From positions 3,053 to 67,052 of the forward strand of contig JAMLGU010000013.1 of NCBI GenBank assembly GCA_023957575.1: a stretch of DNA of 64,000 nucleotides, given 5' to 3'. Positions within the stretch are counted from its first letter, which is position 1. Each line of letters starts with the position of its first letter. A model generated the notes under the pieces. The model did no database searches, was not told where the DNA came from, and saw nothing but the letters and a program-made list of their open reading frames with translations. Positions 1 through 10,395 of the stretch are shown here, piece by piece. The translations under genes and the position numbers were made by a program. The DNA is from Chitinophagaceae bacterium. GTDB taxonomy: Bacteria; Bacteroidota; Bacteroidia; Chitinophagales; Chitinophagaceae.

Positions 1-474
1 GTCATTTCCAATCGATACATTATTGTAAATGTCGTTTACTATTTGGTTTACTAAAATCGCTGGATCTTCAATTCCTACTTCTTCAATTTGCTGGTAAAAG
101 CCTATGTCTTTTAAATAAGAAACCGACACTGGAAGAACCTCCTCTGCAACAGCATAATTAATCTCGTTTTCTAATGTTGTTAGTTTTTCTGTAGAAGGAG
201 CAACCGATCTTGGGAAAGTCCCTGACCATAACCTTACATATCTCAATGCAATGTTATTAAATTTTAATGACAATTTAGAATCGTTTTTCATTAGCTTGTC
301 AGCAAATTTCCTTAGCTATTCGTTGTGAACAATTCCACCTTTTGAGTACAGGTCTTTGTAAAGTGTTTGGTTTTCATTTTGTGGCGTTTCTTTTTTTGAA
401 CATGAAGTAAACAATAGACTAGTGATTGCTAAGTAAGTAATAAAAGCAATTAATGAGGGCATAATTTTGTTCAT
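1..474 (-). pseudogene. Putative lipoprotein gene with one in-frame TAG (316-318); runs off the window edge
   Basis: Manual translation from ATG 474: MNKIMPSLIAFITYLAITSLLFTSC (lipobox) SKKETPQ...GGIVHNE*LRKFADKL..., then open in the same frame to position 1. Confidence 0.6.
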
Positions 475-771
475 TTGTTTTAATTTTAAAGTTAGCCCTA
501 CCTCCCAGATATGGCACTGTGTCAGAATATTCCGCCGTCAGCAATTGTCATTTTTTGTTGTCACTCACTTTTTTTAGTCGATCTCTTGGCTTGGTAGTGT
601 GTCCAATTATTATTACCAACTCATAATTGGATACAAGTTAATCCTTCATTTTTGTTTTTCAAATTTTTTCTTCAATTATTTTTATTGTATTGAAAATCAT
701 TTATCTATCACTTTATTGATTGCTCTTAATAAATTTTAATTTTTCTGCTTAATGTTTCCCTTTTATCCCGT

Positions 772-2076
772 CTATTTTAAAAATGCTCCTCTCAGTTCTT
801 CCACCTGTGCGTCATTGATGGGAACCATATTACCCATCGGAGCGCCCATCACCAGCGATTTGGCGCTAAATTCAGCCACTTCAAGGTAGTCGAAGGTTTG
901 CAGCAGGGTTTTACCCGTTACCATAAACGAGCCGTTCTGAATCAGTACTGCTGTAGCTCCTTTCTTTAACTGATCGAGTAACTCATCTGTTTTTTCTTCT
1001 AAGAAAACTTCAAACGGCAGTGATGCCACATCCTGAAGGAAAATCCAGCTTTCCGGAATCGTTCTCACGTCAAAATATTTTTTGGTAGCGCCAAAGGCCA
1101 TCAGGTTGGTAGGTTGCGAGAAGATGATACAATTGATGTCGGGATTCTGCTCATAAATTTTCTGATGAAGTCTTGCTAAGTGGCTGGCCTGTTTGCCCGG
1201 TTCGCTTTGTTTGTCTTTGATCTGCACAATGTCGGCAGGCGTCATATCCCATCTGGAAATTTCGGTAGGCGTAATTAGAAAATCATTTCCGCGCCAACGT
1301 GCCGAAACGGTACCTATGGCGCTGAACATGAAACCATGTGCGCAGGCACGATGAACGATATTACAGATTTCACTCCTGAGTGCCCTTTCGTCGGATGGAT
1401 GGGCAACTGTTTCCATTTCGGGAAAGTCATTGGGCCTTTGTGCAATATAATATTGAATCTCTTCATCGGTGAGGCAATGCGGTTCGCCAATTATTTTTGC
1501 GCTCAAGAGGGTTTTAGCACAAAACTCTAGCGTTTCAAAACGTTCAAAAGCATCTGCCAGGTCGCTGCCGCCTAAAACGGTGCCGTGGTTTTCCATGATA
1601 ATGGCCATATAACCCTTGGCAAATTCTTCGGCTATCTTATCGCCCAATTTCTGGCTGCCGGGCAGTTCATAATCAGCATAACCTATGGGTCCGCATACAT
1701 GCTTTGTCTGATACGTAACATTGGTGTCCGGTATTTGTCGCACTATACTGAACGAAACTAAAGCAGGAGGGTGGGCATGAATGATGGCTTTTATGTCTGG
1801 TCGCTGGTTGTAAATAGCCCGATGAAAAGGAAACTCCGAAGAGGGTTTGTGTTTGCCGATGATTTGCCCTTCTTTGGTTACGCACGTAATATCTGAAGCA
1901 TTAAGCGACCCCTTATCAACGCCTGAGGGCGTAATCCATAAGTCGCCGTTTTCGTCTAAGATGGATAAGTTGCCGCCGGAGGTAGTGGTGAGGCCACGAT
2001 TGTATATCCGGCTGATGGCAATTACTATCTGGTCTTTGGGGTGCAACCATTTGGTATCAAGAATTTTAGAATCCAT
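772..2076 (-). CDS. Class II aldolase/adducin family protein with two tandem domains
   Basis: N-domain TSGGNLS, ITPSG, SSE..FH, HAHP and ENHG motifs; second homologous domain (GTVS, FLITPT) lacks the His ligands. Confidence 0.85.
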   Translation of the reverse strand: MDSKILDTKWLHPKDQIVIAISRIYNRGLTTTSGGNLSILDENGDLWITPSGVDKGSLNASDITCVTKEGQIIGKHKPSSEFPFHRAIYNQRPDIKAIIHAHPPALVSFSIVRQIPDTNVTYQTKHVCGPIGYADYELPGSQKLGDKIAEEFAKGYMAIIMENHGTVLGGSDLADAFERFETLEFCAKTLLSAKIIGEPHCLTDEEIQYYIAQRPNDFPEMETVAHPSDERALRSEICNIVHRACAHGFMFSAIGTVSARWRGNDFLITPTEISRWDMTPADIVQIKDKQSEPGKQASHLARLHQKIYEQNPDINCIIFSQPTNLMAFGATKKYFDVRTIPESWIFLQDVASLPFEVFLEEKTDELLDQLKKGATAVLIQNGSFMVTGKTLLQTFDYLEVAEFSAKSLVMGAPMGNMVPINDAQVEELRGAFLK

Positions 2077-2267
2077 AATTAATGTATTTATAATGATTTA
2101 TTGAGTTGTTGTTTTGGTAAAAAAAATGGGTTGTGATGAGAAGTTTTTTTGATGAACCGTTGTACCATCAACTTTAATAATTGAACAGATAAATAGATGT
2201 GCTTTATTCATTATCATTATTTTGCAAAATCCATGTTTTTTAGTTAATAAAATAAATTAACGTAGAA

Positions 2268-3002
2268 TTATTGCTCACCCACAACCTCGCCATTTGCTTT
2301 TTTTACAATTTTTGGATTTCGGATAAAATGTTGAAAGGTATTAAAATTTTTTTGATACTTTTTCTTGTCCAGCTTGTAATAAAAAGCGCCTTTTTTGGAA
2401 TTAGTTTTGTCTTTATCTTTTTGTTTAATCAAAAAACCGGTGGAAAGCAGCTTTCTGGAAAAATTTCCTTTGTCGAAAGTGGTTTCATACACATCCTCAA
2501 AAAGACTCTGTACATGAGGAAGTGTAAATTTTTCGGGAAGCAATTCAAACAAAATCGGATACATGGCCGCTTTGTGCCTGATGTGTTCTTTGGCCATATC
2601 CACCATTTCCTGATGGTCAAAAATTAATTCGGGCGATTCGTTGAGCAAAAACCATTCTGCCTGAAACTCCTCGGTTATTTGTTTTTGATATCTTAAAATA
2701 TCTATTAAAGCCGTGTAGGTAATAGATATTGTGCGCTCCATCGGGTCGCGCTGTGGTTTTGAAAAAGTGTGTAGCTGCTCCAGATACACTCCTTCGAGAC
2801 CGGTCAGTTTTGAAAGCACACGATAGGCTGCATCCTCGGCGCTTTCATTGGGTTGTACAAACCCACCCATCAGGCTCCACCTGTCTTTGGCAGGCTCAAA
2901 AGCTCTTTTAATTAGTAATAGCTTCAGTTTTTCACCATCAAATCCAAAGATGATGCAATCAATGGCGGCAAGTAACCGGGTCTGTTTATTATATTTTGTC
3001 AT
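2268..3002 (-). CDS. araR: NrtR/AraR-family regulator (NUDIX plus winged HTH)
   Basis: AIDCIIFGFD, WSLMGGFV..NES, FDH..M, LPEKFTL, DKGNFSRK motifs; divergent from the ara genes. Confidence 0.85.
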   Translation of the reverse strand: MTKYNKQTRLLAAIDCIIFGFDGEKLKLLLIKRAFEPAKDRWSLMGGFVQPNESAEDAAYRVLSKLTGLEGVYLEQLHTFSKPQRDPMERTISITYTALIDILRYQKQITEEFQAEWFLLNESPELIFDHQEMVDMAKEHIRHKAAMYPILFELLPEKFTLPHVQSLFEDVYETTFDKGNFSRKLLSTGFLIKQKDKDKTNSKKGAFYYKLDKKKYQKNFNTFQHFIRNPKIVKKANGEVVGEQ

Positions 3003-3068
3003 AATAATTCAGTAATCAAAAGTATAGAAATAATATTTATGGTATAAAAATAAAAAATTTTTTCAAAA

Positions 3069-3089
3069 ATATTGTAAAAAATACAATTA
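3069..3089. promoter_or_regulatory. Candidate AraR operator (site 1)
   Basis: atattGTaaaaaatACaatta: ATTGTA-N5-TACAAT palindrome with the GT-N7-AC core of NrtR-family operators, in the araR/galM divergent gap. Confidence 0.55.
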
Positions 3090-3105
3090 TTTGAAATTTA
3101 TTTTT

Positions 3106-3113
3106 TACTTTTG
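3106..3113 (+). promoter_or_regulatory. Bacteroidota -7 promoter element for the galM-tkt-ara genes
   Basis: TACTTTTG matches TAnnTTTG, just downstream of the candidate operator. Confidence 0.4.
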
Positions 3114-3274
3114 GTTCAGAATTCGATTTTTGATTGCTTTTATTAACGTTTGTTGAGAAGTGTTGGCCGTAATAATCAAAAGATTAACTTTACGCAATTT
3201 AAGAGAAGATAGGTTTAGGATGGCTTTGTTTTCAAATAGCAAAAATTATTACTGATTAAAAATTAATTGAAAAT

Positions 3275-4405
3275 ATGAAAACATTTAAAATTTTTATTTT
3301 GGGTTCAATAATTGCAGTTCTTGCAGTTTCGTTTATGGTAACCTGTACAGATGAACGCTCAGGTGAACCTGTTGAAGTTTTCATCCAGAAAGAATGGGGG
3401 CAGGTGGACGGTAAGAAGGTATATCTTTTTACACTGAAAAATGAAAAGGGCGATGAAGTTAAAATAACAAATTATGGAGGAATTGTTACCTCATGGATAA
3501 CGGCTGACAAGTCAGGGAAAAAGAGCAACGTGGTTATTGGATACGATTCACTAAGCAGATATCAGGAAAAAAACCCTTATTTCGGTGCTATTATTGGAAG
3601 ATATGCAAATCGTATTGGGAATGCTACTTTTAAAATTGATACTGCCACCTATCATCTGGCAGCCAATGACGGAAAAAATTCGCTTCATGGTGGACTGAAA
3701 GGTTTTGACAAGGTAGTTTGGGATGCTTCCTGGAATGATACTACCAATGCGCTTACCTTAAAGTATGTGAGTAAAGATGGCGAAGAAGGCTATCCGGGCA
3801 ATCTGACGGTAACCGTAGCGTATAAACTCACTAATGATAATGAGTTATTGATTGATTACACCGCCGAAACCGATAAACCTACGGTTCTGAACCTTACCAA
3901 TCATAGTTATTTTAATCTTACCGGCGATGTGAACAATACCATTCTGGATCATACATTGCAGATTAATGCCGATAAATACACGCCGGTAGATGCCACATTG
4001 ATTCCTACAGGAGAACTGAAGGAGGTGAAAGGTACTCCTTTTGATTTTTTGCAGCCGCATAAAATTGGCGAGCGTATTAATGATGTAAAAGGCGGTTATG
4101 ACCATAATTTTGTTCTGAACAGACAAGGTGATAAGCCTGAATTGGCGGCAACGCTGGCAGACTCTGTTAGTGGCCGGGTGCTGGAGGTTTATACTTCTCA
4201 GCCTGGAATGCAATTTTATACCGGCAATTTTCTGGATGGCACCAATAAATTGTCAGATGGCAAACCCATCAATATTCATACAGCATTGTGCTTAGAAACA
4301 CAGCATTTCCCCGATTCGCCCAACAAGCCGGCATTTCCAACTACTTTGCTGAAGCCCGGAGAAAAATTTCATTCACAGACAAAATATAAAATTTCAGTTA
4401 AATAG
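3275..4405 (+). CDS. galM: Aldose 1-epimerase (mutarotase) with N-terminal signal or lipoprotein peptide
   Basis: GRYANRI, LHGG..GFD, EEGYPG, NLTNHSYFNL, CLETQHFPD motifs. Confidence 0.95.
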   Translation: MKTFKIFILGSIIAVLAVSFMVTCTDERSGEPVEVFIQKEWGQVDGKKVYLFTLKNEKGDEVKITNYGGIVTSWITADKSGKKSNVVIGYDSLSRYQEKNPYFGAIIGRYANRIGNATFKIDTATYHLAANDGKNSLHGGLKGFDKVVWDASWNDTTNALTLKYVSKDGEEGYPGNLTVTVAYKLTNDNELLIDYTAETDKPTVLNLTNHSYFNLTGDVNNTILDHTLQINADKYTPVDATLIPTGELKEVKGTPFDFLQPHKIGERINDVKGGYDHNFVLNRQGDKPELAATLADSVSGRVLEVYTSQPGMQFYTGNFLDGTNKLSDGKPINIHTALCLETQHFPDSPNKPAFPTTLLKPGEKFHSQTKYKISVK

Positions 4406-4418
4406 TAAATTATAAAAA

Positions 4419-5288
4419 ATGAAAAGTACAGATGAATTAAAACAAATAGTAACGCAGGTGCGCCGCGACATTGTACGTATGGTACATGGCGCAAAATCGG
4501 GCCACCCCGGTGGTTCTTTGGGTTGTGCCGATATGGTAACTACTCTTTATTTCAGCCAAATGCGGATTAATGAAGCAAAGGGAGAAGATGGATTTTTGGA
4601 GTTTTCACATTCAGGGGATGGAGAAGATATGTTCTTCTTGTCCAACGGTCATATTTCACCATTATTTTATTCGGTTTTAGCCCGTCGCGGGTATTTCCCT
4701 ATAAAGGAGTTGAGTACTTTTCGATTGTTAAACTCCCGTCTTCAGGGCCATCCAGCTACACATGAAGGGCTGCCCGGCATACGTGTTGCGAGCGGCTCAC
4801 TTGGTCAGGGGCTTTCTGTTGCCAATGGCGCTGCTTTGGGTAAAAAAATGAAAGGTGATGATTTCCTGGTTTATGTTTTAATGGGCGATGGCGAACAGCA
4901 GGAAGGTCAGATTTGGGAAGCAGTGCAATTTGCTCCCAACCATCAGTTGGATAATCTTATCGCTATTGTGGACTGGAACCTGAAACAAATAGACGGACCC
5001 ACAGATAAAGTAAATAATAACAGAAACATAAAATCAAAATATGAAGCTTTTGGCTGGCTTACCGTAGATTTGGCCGATGGCAACGATATTGACCAGGTAA
5101 AAGATGCCCTTATTAAAGCCAAAGAATTGATAGGTCAGGGGCAACCCATTGCCATTATGATGCACTCCGAAATGGGCTTTGGGGTGGACTATATGATGCA
5201 TACCCATAAATGGCATGGTGCCGCTCCTAACGATGAACAATTGGCAAGAGCATTAGAACAATTACCCGAAACCCTGGGAGATTATTAA
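4419..5288 (+). CDS. Transketolase, N-terminal subunit
   Basis: SGHPGGSLG, LSNGH, LQGHP, GSLGQG, GDGE..EGQIWEA, WHG motifs. Confidence 0.95.
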   Translation: MKSTDELKQIVTQVRRDIVRMVHGAKSGHPGGSLGCADMVTTLYFSQMRINEAKGEDGFLEFSHSGDGEDMFFLSNGHISPLFYSVLARRGYFPIKELSTFRLLNSRLQGHPATHEGLPGIRVASGSLGQGLSVANGAALGKKMKGDDFLVYVLMGDGEQQEGQIWEAVQFAPNHQLDNLIAIVDWNLKQIDGPTDKVNNNRNIKSKYEAFGWLTVDLADGNDIDQVKDALIKAKELIGQGQPIAIMMHSEMGFGVDYMMHTHKWHGAAPNDEQLARALEQLPETLGDY

Positions 5289-5309
5289 ACCTAAAAATTC
5301 AAATAAGAA

Positions 5310-6263
5310 ATGAAAAAATATACATATACTGATAAAAAAGATACCCGTTCAGGTTTTGGTGCAGGCATGGCAGAATTGGGCAAAACTAACCCCAAAGTAG
5401 TGGCTTTGTGTGCCGATCTGGTAGCCTCATTAAAATTAGATGATTTTATTAAGGAAAACTCCGATCGGTTTGTTCAATGCGGTATTTCAGAAGCTAATAT
5501 GATAGGTGTTTCGGCAGGGTTGGCTATTTCAGGATACATACCCTATGCTTCCACATTTGCCAATTTTGGCTCCGGTCGTGTGTATGACCAGATCAGGCAA
5601 AGTGTGGCCTACTCAAATCTTAATGTAAAAATTGCGGTATCCCACGCCGGATTGACACTTGGAGAAGACGGTGCTACCCACCAGATTCTGGAAGATTTGG
5701 CAATGATGCGGGCACTGCCCGGAATGACGGTTATCAATCCCTGCGATTATAATCAAACCAAGGCTGCTACCATTGCTTTGGCAGATCACGTAGGCCCTGC
5801 CTATCTGCGCTTTGGCCGTCCGGTAATGCCGGTGTTTACTCCTGCCGATCAGAAGTTTGAAATTGGTAAAGCATGGATGGTAAATGAAGGAAAAGATGTA
5901 ACCATCATTGCCACAGGGCATTTGGTGTGGGAAGCTATTCAGGCCGGAGAAATACTGGAACAGGAAGGAATAGATGCTGAAATAATTAATATTCATACCA
6001 TCAAACCGCTTGATGAAGAAGCAATACTCAAGTCGGTAGCCAAAACCGGTTGTGTGGTTACTGCCGAAGAGCATCAGCTCAATGGCGGATTGGGCGAAGG
6101 TGTTTGCCAATTATTGAGTCGCACTACACCGCTTCCGGTGGAAATGGTAGGTGTGAACAACAGTTTTGGCGAAAGTGGCACTCCTGCACAATTGATGGAT
6201 AAGTATGGCTTAAATGCAGCAAGTATCGTTGAGAAGGTGAAAAAAGTAATGAGCCGGAAATAA
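5310..6263 (+). CDS. Transketolase, C-terminal subunit
   Basis: GISEANM, GEDGATHQ, YLRFGR, TIKPLD, AEEH motifs. Confidence 0.95.
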   Translation: MKKYTYTDKKDTRSGFGAGMAELGKTNPKVVALCADLVASLKLDDFIKENSDRFVQCGISEANMIGVSAGLAISGYIPYASTFANFGSGRVYDQIRQSVAYSNLNVKIAVSHAGLTLGEDGATHQILEDLAMMRALPGMTVINPCDYNQTKAATIALADHVGPAYLRFGRPVMPVFTPADQKFEIGKAWMVNEGKDVTIIATGHLVWEAIQAGEILEQEGIDAEIINIHTIKPLDEEAILKSVAKTGCVVTAEEHQLNGGLGEGVCQLLSRTTPLPVEMVGVNNSFGESGTPAQLMDKYGLNAASIVEKVKKVMSRK

Positions 6264-6269
6264 TCTTGT

Positions 6270-6298
6270 AAAAACTGTCGTTGGTAATGACAGTTTTT
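6270..6298 (+). terminator. Hairpin between tkt and araB (terminator or mRNA stability element)
   Basis: aaaaactgtc-N9-gacagttttt, perfect 10-bp stem. Confidence 0.5.
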
Positions 6299-6313
6299 AT
6301 TTGCAAAAAATTA

Positions 6314-6334
6314 TTAGTGTAATATTGACAAATA
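6314..6334. promoter_or_regulatory. Candidate AraR operator (site 2), upstream of araB
   Basis: ttagtGTaatattgACaaata, GT-N7-AC core, 8 nt before the araB ATG. Confidence 0.45.
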
Positions 6335-6342
6335 TAAATTAT

Positions 6343-8022
6343 ATGAGCAATCAATCATCATATGTTATCGGTGTGGACTATGGTTCCGATTCGGTTAGAA
6401 CCATTATTGTTAATGCAGCCAATGGCGAGGAGCTTGCTTCTTCTGTTTTTTATTATCCAAGATGGAAAAAGCAATTGTATTGCGATTTAAGTAAAAACCA
6501 ATTCAGGCAGCATCCGCTGGATTATCTGGAAGGATTGGAAACAACGATTAAAGAAAGTGTGGCACAGGCAGGGCCTGAAGTGGCTGCTCAAATAAAAGCC
6601 ATTTCTGTTGACACTACCGGTTCTACTCCGGTGGCTACCGATAAGCATGGCACTCCCTTGTCGCTCCTGCCCGGTTTTGAAGAAAACCCCAACGCCATGT
6701 TTGTGCTTTGGAAAGACCATACCGGGGTAGGAGAGGCAGCCGAAATCAATGCCCATGCCGAAAAATTTGAAACCAATTATCTCCGGTTTGTAGGCGGCAT
6801 TTACTCATCAGAATGGTTTTGGTCCAAGCTGCTTCATGTTCTGAGGAGCGATGAGGCAGTTCGAAATAATATTTACTCTTTTGTGGAACACTGCGACTGG
6901 ATACCCTTCCTGCTCACCGGCGGCAATGACGTGCATCTTATGAAACGGAGCAGGTGTGCTGCAGGGCATAAAATACTTTGGGCAGCAGAATGGGGCGGTT
7001 TGCCTCCCAATGAGTTCTTTGCAAGTCTCGATCCCATGCTGGATGGATTCACCGACAGATTGTTTAAAGAAACCTTTCCTTCCAACGAAGCGGCAGGTAT
7101 CATTACTAAAGAATGGGCAGAAAAACTGGGCTTACCGGAAACTACCGTCGTTGGTGTTGGCGCCTACGATGCCCACATGGGAGCAGTTGGCGGACAAATT
7201 GAGCCTTATTACCTCAGCAAGGTAATGGGCACTTCTACCTGCGATATGATTGTGGCACCTAATCAGGAAATGGAGGGCAAATTAGTACAGGGAATCTGCG
7301 GCCAGGTGGACGGTTCCATCATTCCCGGAATGATTGGTTTGGAAGCAGGTCAGTCTTCATTTGGCGACAATTATGCCTGGTTCAAAAGATTAATCACCTG
7401 GCCTTTGAATAATATTTTGTCTAAATCGGACACGATTGACGAATCTACAAAAGAAAAACTCATCAAAGAAACCGAAGACGCCGTCATTCCCGAACTGAGC
7501 AGGCAGGCAGAAAAGATAGTGGTAGATGAACATACCGAAATGGCTATTGACTGGTTCAACGGTCGTAGAACGCCCGATGCCAACCAACTGCTTACCGGAG
7601 GACTCTTTGGGCTTGACCTTGGCAGTGATGCTCCCCGGTTGTTTCGGGCGATTGTTGAGGCCACCTGTTTTGGAGCCAAAGCCATTACAGAACGTTTTAT
7701 TGACCAGGGTATTCCTGTAAAGGGCTTGATAGGCCTGGGTGGCGTTGCAAAAAAATCGCCGTTTATCATGCAGATGATGGCCGATGTGATGAATATGCCC
7801 ATCAAAATTCATAAATCAGAACAAACCTGTGCGCTGGGTGCGGCTATGTTTGCAGCCACTGCCGGCGGTGTGTATGAAAAAGTAGAAGATGCCATGGAGG
7901 CAATGGGCTCCGGTTTTGATGAAGAATATTTTCCCAATGCCGCCAAAGTGGAAATTTATCAAAAACGATATCAGAAATATCAACAAACAGGCGCTTTTAT
8001 CGAATCGCAAATAATGAAGTAA
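6343..8022 (+). CDS. araB: L-ribulokinase (start re-called to ATG 6343)
   Basis: IGVDYGSDSVR, VDTTGSTP, LWKDH, YSSEWFW, RCAAGHK, DWFNGRRTP motifs. Confidence 0.95.
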   Translation: MSNQSSYVIGVDYGSDSVRTIIVNAANGEELASSVFYYPRWKKQLYCDLSKNQFRQHPLDYLEGLETTIKESVAQAGPEVAAQIKAISVDTTGSTPVATDKHGTPLSLLPGFEENPNAMFVLWKDHTGVGEAAEINAHAEKFETNYLRFVGGIYSSEWFWSKLLHVLRSDEAVRNNIYSFVEHCDWIPFLLTGGNDVHLMKRSRCAAGHKILWAAEWGGLPPNEFFASLDPMLDGFTDRLFKETFPSNEAAGIITKEWAEKLGLPETTVVGVGAYDAHMGAVGGQIEPYYLSKVMGTSTCDMIVAPNQEMEGKLVQGICGQVDGSIIPGMIGLEAGQSSFGDNYAWFKRLITWPLNNILSKSDTIDESTKEKLIKETEDAVIPELSRQAEKIVVDEHTEMAIDWFNGRRTPDANQLLTGGLFGLDLGSDAPRLFRAIVEATCFGAKAITERFIDQGIPVKGLIGLGGVAKKSPFIMQMMADVMNMPIKIHKSEQTCALGAAMFAATAGGVYEKVEDAMEAMGSGFDEEYFPNAAKVEIYQKRYQKYQQTGAFIESQIMK

Positions 8023-8045
8023 AAAATAATTTTTTGAATACCGGC

Positions 8046-8086
8046 TGAAGTGCAGGTGGCATCTTCGTTGCGTCGCAATCACTTCA
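8046..8086. repeat. REP-like palindrome inside the ara operon
   Basis: tgaagtg...cacttca outer arms enclosing ttgcg-t-cgcaa. Confidence 0.4.
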
Positions 8087-8133
8087 TCTGTGGAATATAT
8101 AGCATCAAAAAAATAATTGTAAAAAAAACTATT

Positions 8134-8832
8134 ATGTCAAAATATGATTCTATTCGCATAGAGGCCTATAAAGCGAATATGGAATTGCCCAAATTGGGTT
8201 TGGTACTTTTTACTTTTGGCAACGTCAGTGCAGCCGACAGAGAGCTGGGTGTTTTTGCCATCAAACCCAGTGGCGTACCTTATGAAGCGTTATCGCCTCA
8301 AAACATGGTTATTGTCGATTTTGACGGAAATATTGTAGAGGGTTCTTTCCGTCCTTCATCCGATACCAAAACGCATGCGGTTTTGTACAAGCATTGGGCT
8401 GATATCGGAGGTATTGTACACACTCATTCTACTTATGCAACTGCATGGGCGCAGTCGTTGCGCGATATCCCCATTTACGGAACCACCCATGCCGACTATA
8501 CTACCGCACCTATTCCCTGTGCGCCACCAATGGATGATGAAATGATAAAGGGAAACTATGAGTATGAAACCGGTTTCCAGATTTTGAATTGTTTTCAGGA
8601 AAAAGAGCTAAGTTATCAGGAATTGGAAATGATTTTGGTGGGCAATCATGCTCCTTTCACCTGGGGAAAGAACGCCCATAAAGCAGTTCACAATAGCGCA
8701 GTACTGGAGTTCTTAGCCAAAACTGCTTTTCTAACGGAACAAATCAATTCATCGGCGATCACTTTAAAGGAATCCATTAAACAAAAACATTGGGAGCGCA
8801 AACACGGGCCCGATAGTTATTATGGCCAATGA
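8134..8832 (+). CDS. araD: L-ribulose-5-phosphate 4-epimerase (start re-called to ATG 8134)
   Basis: FTFGNVS, IKPSGV, PSSDTKTH, VHTHS, GTTHAD, NHAPFTWG motifs. Confidence 0.95.
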   Translation: MSKYDSIRIEAYKANMELPKLGLVLFTFGNVSAADRELGVFAIKPSGVPYEALSPQNMVIVDFDGNIVEGSFRPSSDTKTHAVLYKHWADIGGIVHTHSTYATAWAQSLRDIPIYGTTHADYTTAPIPCAPPMDDEMIKGNYEYETGFQILNCFQEKELSYQELEMILVGNHAPFTWGKNAHKAVHNSAVLEFLAKTAFLTEQINSSAITLKESIKQKHWERKHGPDSYYGQ

Positions 8833-8877
8833 CATAATTTTAATATTTATCCTTCACAATAATAAAAAAAAACAGAA

Positions 8878-10368
8878 ATGAAACCATTTAAAAATTTAGA
8901 AGTTTGGTTTGTTACAGGCAGTCAGGACCTCTATGGCGAAGAAACTTTGAAAAAAGTTGCCGAACACTCTCAGGAAATTGCAGCCGGATTGAACGATTGC
9001 CCCATCATCCCTGTCAACGTGGTATTTAAACCTACAGTAAAATCAACTGAAGAAATTTATGCAACCATTGCCGAGGCCAATAATAATACAAATTGCATCG
9101 GTATTATCGCATGGATGCACACTTTTTCTCCTGCCAAAATGTGGATAAGGGGTCTGAGTATTCTCAAAAAACCCTTGTTGCACCTGCACACTCAATTTAA
9201 CAGAGATATTCCCTGGAGCGAAATTGATATGGATTTTATGAACCTGAATCAAAGCGCTCATGGCGACAGAGAATTTGGTCACATCATGGCACGTATGCGC
9301 CTGAAAAGAAAAGTAGTCGGTGGTCATTGGAAAGATGAAAATGTACATCAGAAAATAAATGTATGGGCAAGAGCGGCAGCAGGGTGGAATGATTTACAAG
9401 GAGCAAGATTTGTACGTTTTGGTGACAATATGCGTTATGTGGCTGTTACCGATGGCGATAAAGTGGAAGCAGAGAAAGTTTTTGGCTTTAGTGTAAACAC
9501 ACATGGTATCGGCGATCTGGTAAAAGTGATAAATGAAGTGAGTGAAGCAGAAATTGAAAACCTGATTGCTGAGTATTACGAAAAATATAATGTAGTACCT
9601 AATCTGCAAAAGGGAGGTGAAAAATACGATTCGCTTATAGATGCAGCAAAAATAGAACTGGGTATTAAACGATTTTTAGAAGAGGGAAACTACAAAGGTT
9701 TTTCAGATACATTTGAAGACCTTCACGGTATGAAACAGTTGCCGGGAATAGCAGCCCAACGTTTAATGGGTCAGGGCTATGGTTTTGCAGGAGAGGGTGA
9801 TTGGAAAACTGCAGCTATTGTGCGAGCTATGAAGGTGATGGCTACCGGAATGAGCGGCGGTAACAGTTTTATGGAGGATTATACCTATCATTTTGACCCT
9901 GCCAATCCGTTGGTATTAGGATCTCACATGCTCGAAATTTGCGAAAGCATCGCTGATGGCAAAGCTAACTGTGAAATTCATCCCTTAGGTATTGGAGGCA
10001 AAGAAGATCCCGTGCGCTTAGTGTTTAATGTTGCTGCCGGAGAGGCTTTAAATGCCTCATTAGTGGATATGGGCAATCGATTCCGTTTGTTGGTAAACGA
10101 AGTGCAGGCAGTAGCTCCGGTAGCAGACCTTCCTAAATTGCCGGTAGCAAGAGTATTGTGGAAACCTTATCCTAATATGAACGATGGTTGTGCGGCATGG
10201 ATTCTGGCAGGTGGTGCGCATCATACCTGTTATAGTCAGAACTTGTCTTCCGATTACCTGGAAGATTTTGCAGAAATGGCCGGTATAGAATTTGTGAAAA
10301 TAGATAAAAATACAAACTTGTATCAGTTCAAAAACGAATTGCGCTGGAGCGATATCGCTTATAAGTAA
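8878..10368 (+). CDS. araA: L-arabinose isomerase
   Basis: [55 protein letters not shown] motifs. Confidence 0.97.
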   Translation: MKPFKNLEVWFVTGSQDLYGEETLKKVAEHSQEIAAGLNDCPIIPVNVVFKPTVKSTEEIYATIAEANNNTNCIGIIAWMHTFSPAKMWIRGLSILKKPLLHLHTQFNRDIPWSEIDMDFMNLNQSAHGDREFGHIMARMRLKRKVVGGHWKDENVHQKINVWARAAAGWNDLQGARFVRFGDNMRYVAVTDGDKVEAEKVFGFSVNTHGIGDLVKVINEVSEAEIENLIAEYYEKYNVVPNLQKGGEKYDSLIDAAKIELGIKRFLEEGNYKGFSDTFEDLHGMKQLPGIAAQRLMGQGYGFAGEGDWKTAAIVRAMKVMATGMSGGNSFMEDYTYHFDPANPLVLGSHMLEICESIADGKANCEIHPLGIGGKEDPVRLVFNVAAGEALNASLVDMGNRFRLLVNEVQAVAPVADLPKLPVARVLWKPYPNMNDGCAAWILAGGAHHTCYSQNLSSDYLEDFAEMAGIEFVKIDKNTNLYQFKNELRWSDIAYK

Positions 10369-10395
10369 ACCTTAAAACTTTTAAACAGGAAAAAT

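Noticed and set aside
598-635. 13-bp imperfect inverted repeat (tgtgtccaattat/ataattggataca)
   Set aside because: No U-tract or riboswitch motif; possibly a terminator, not enough evidence
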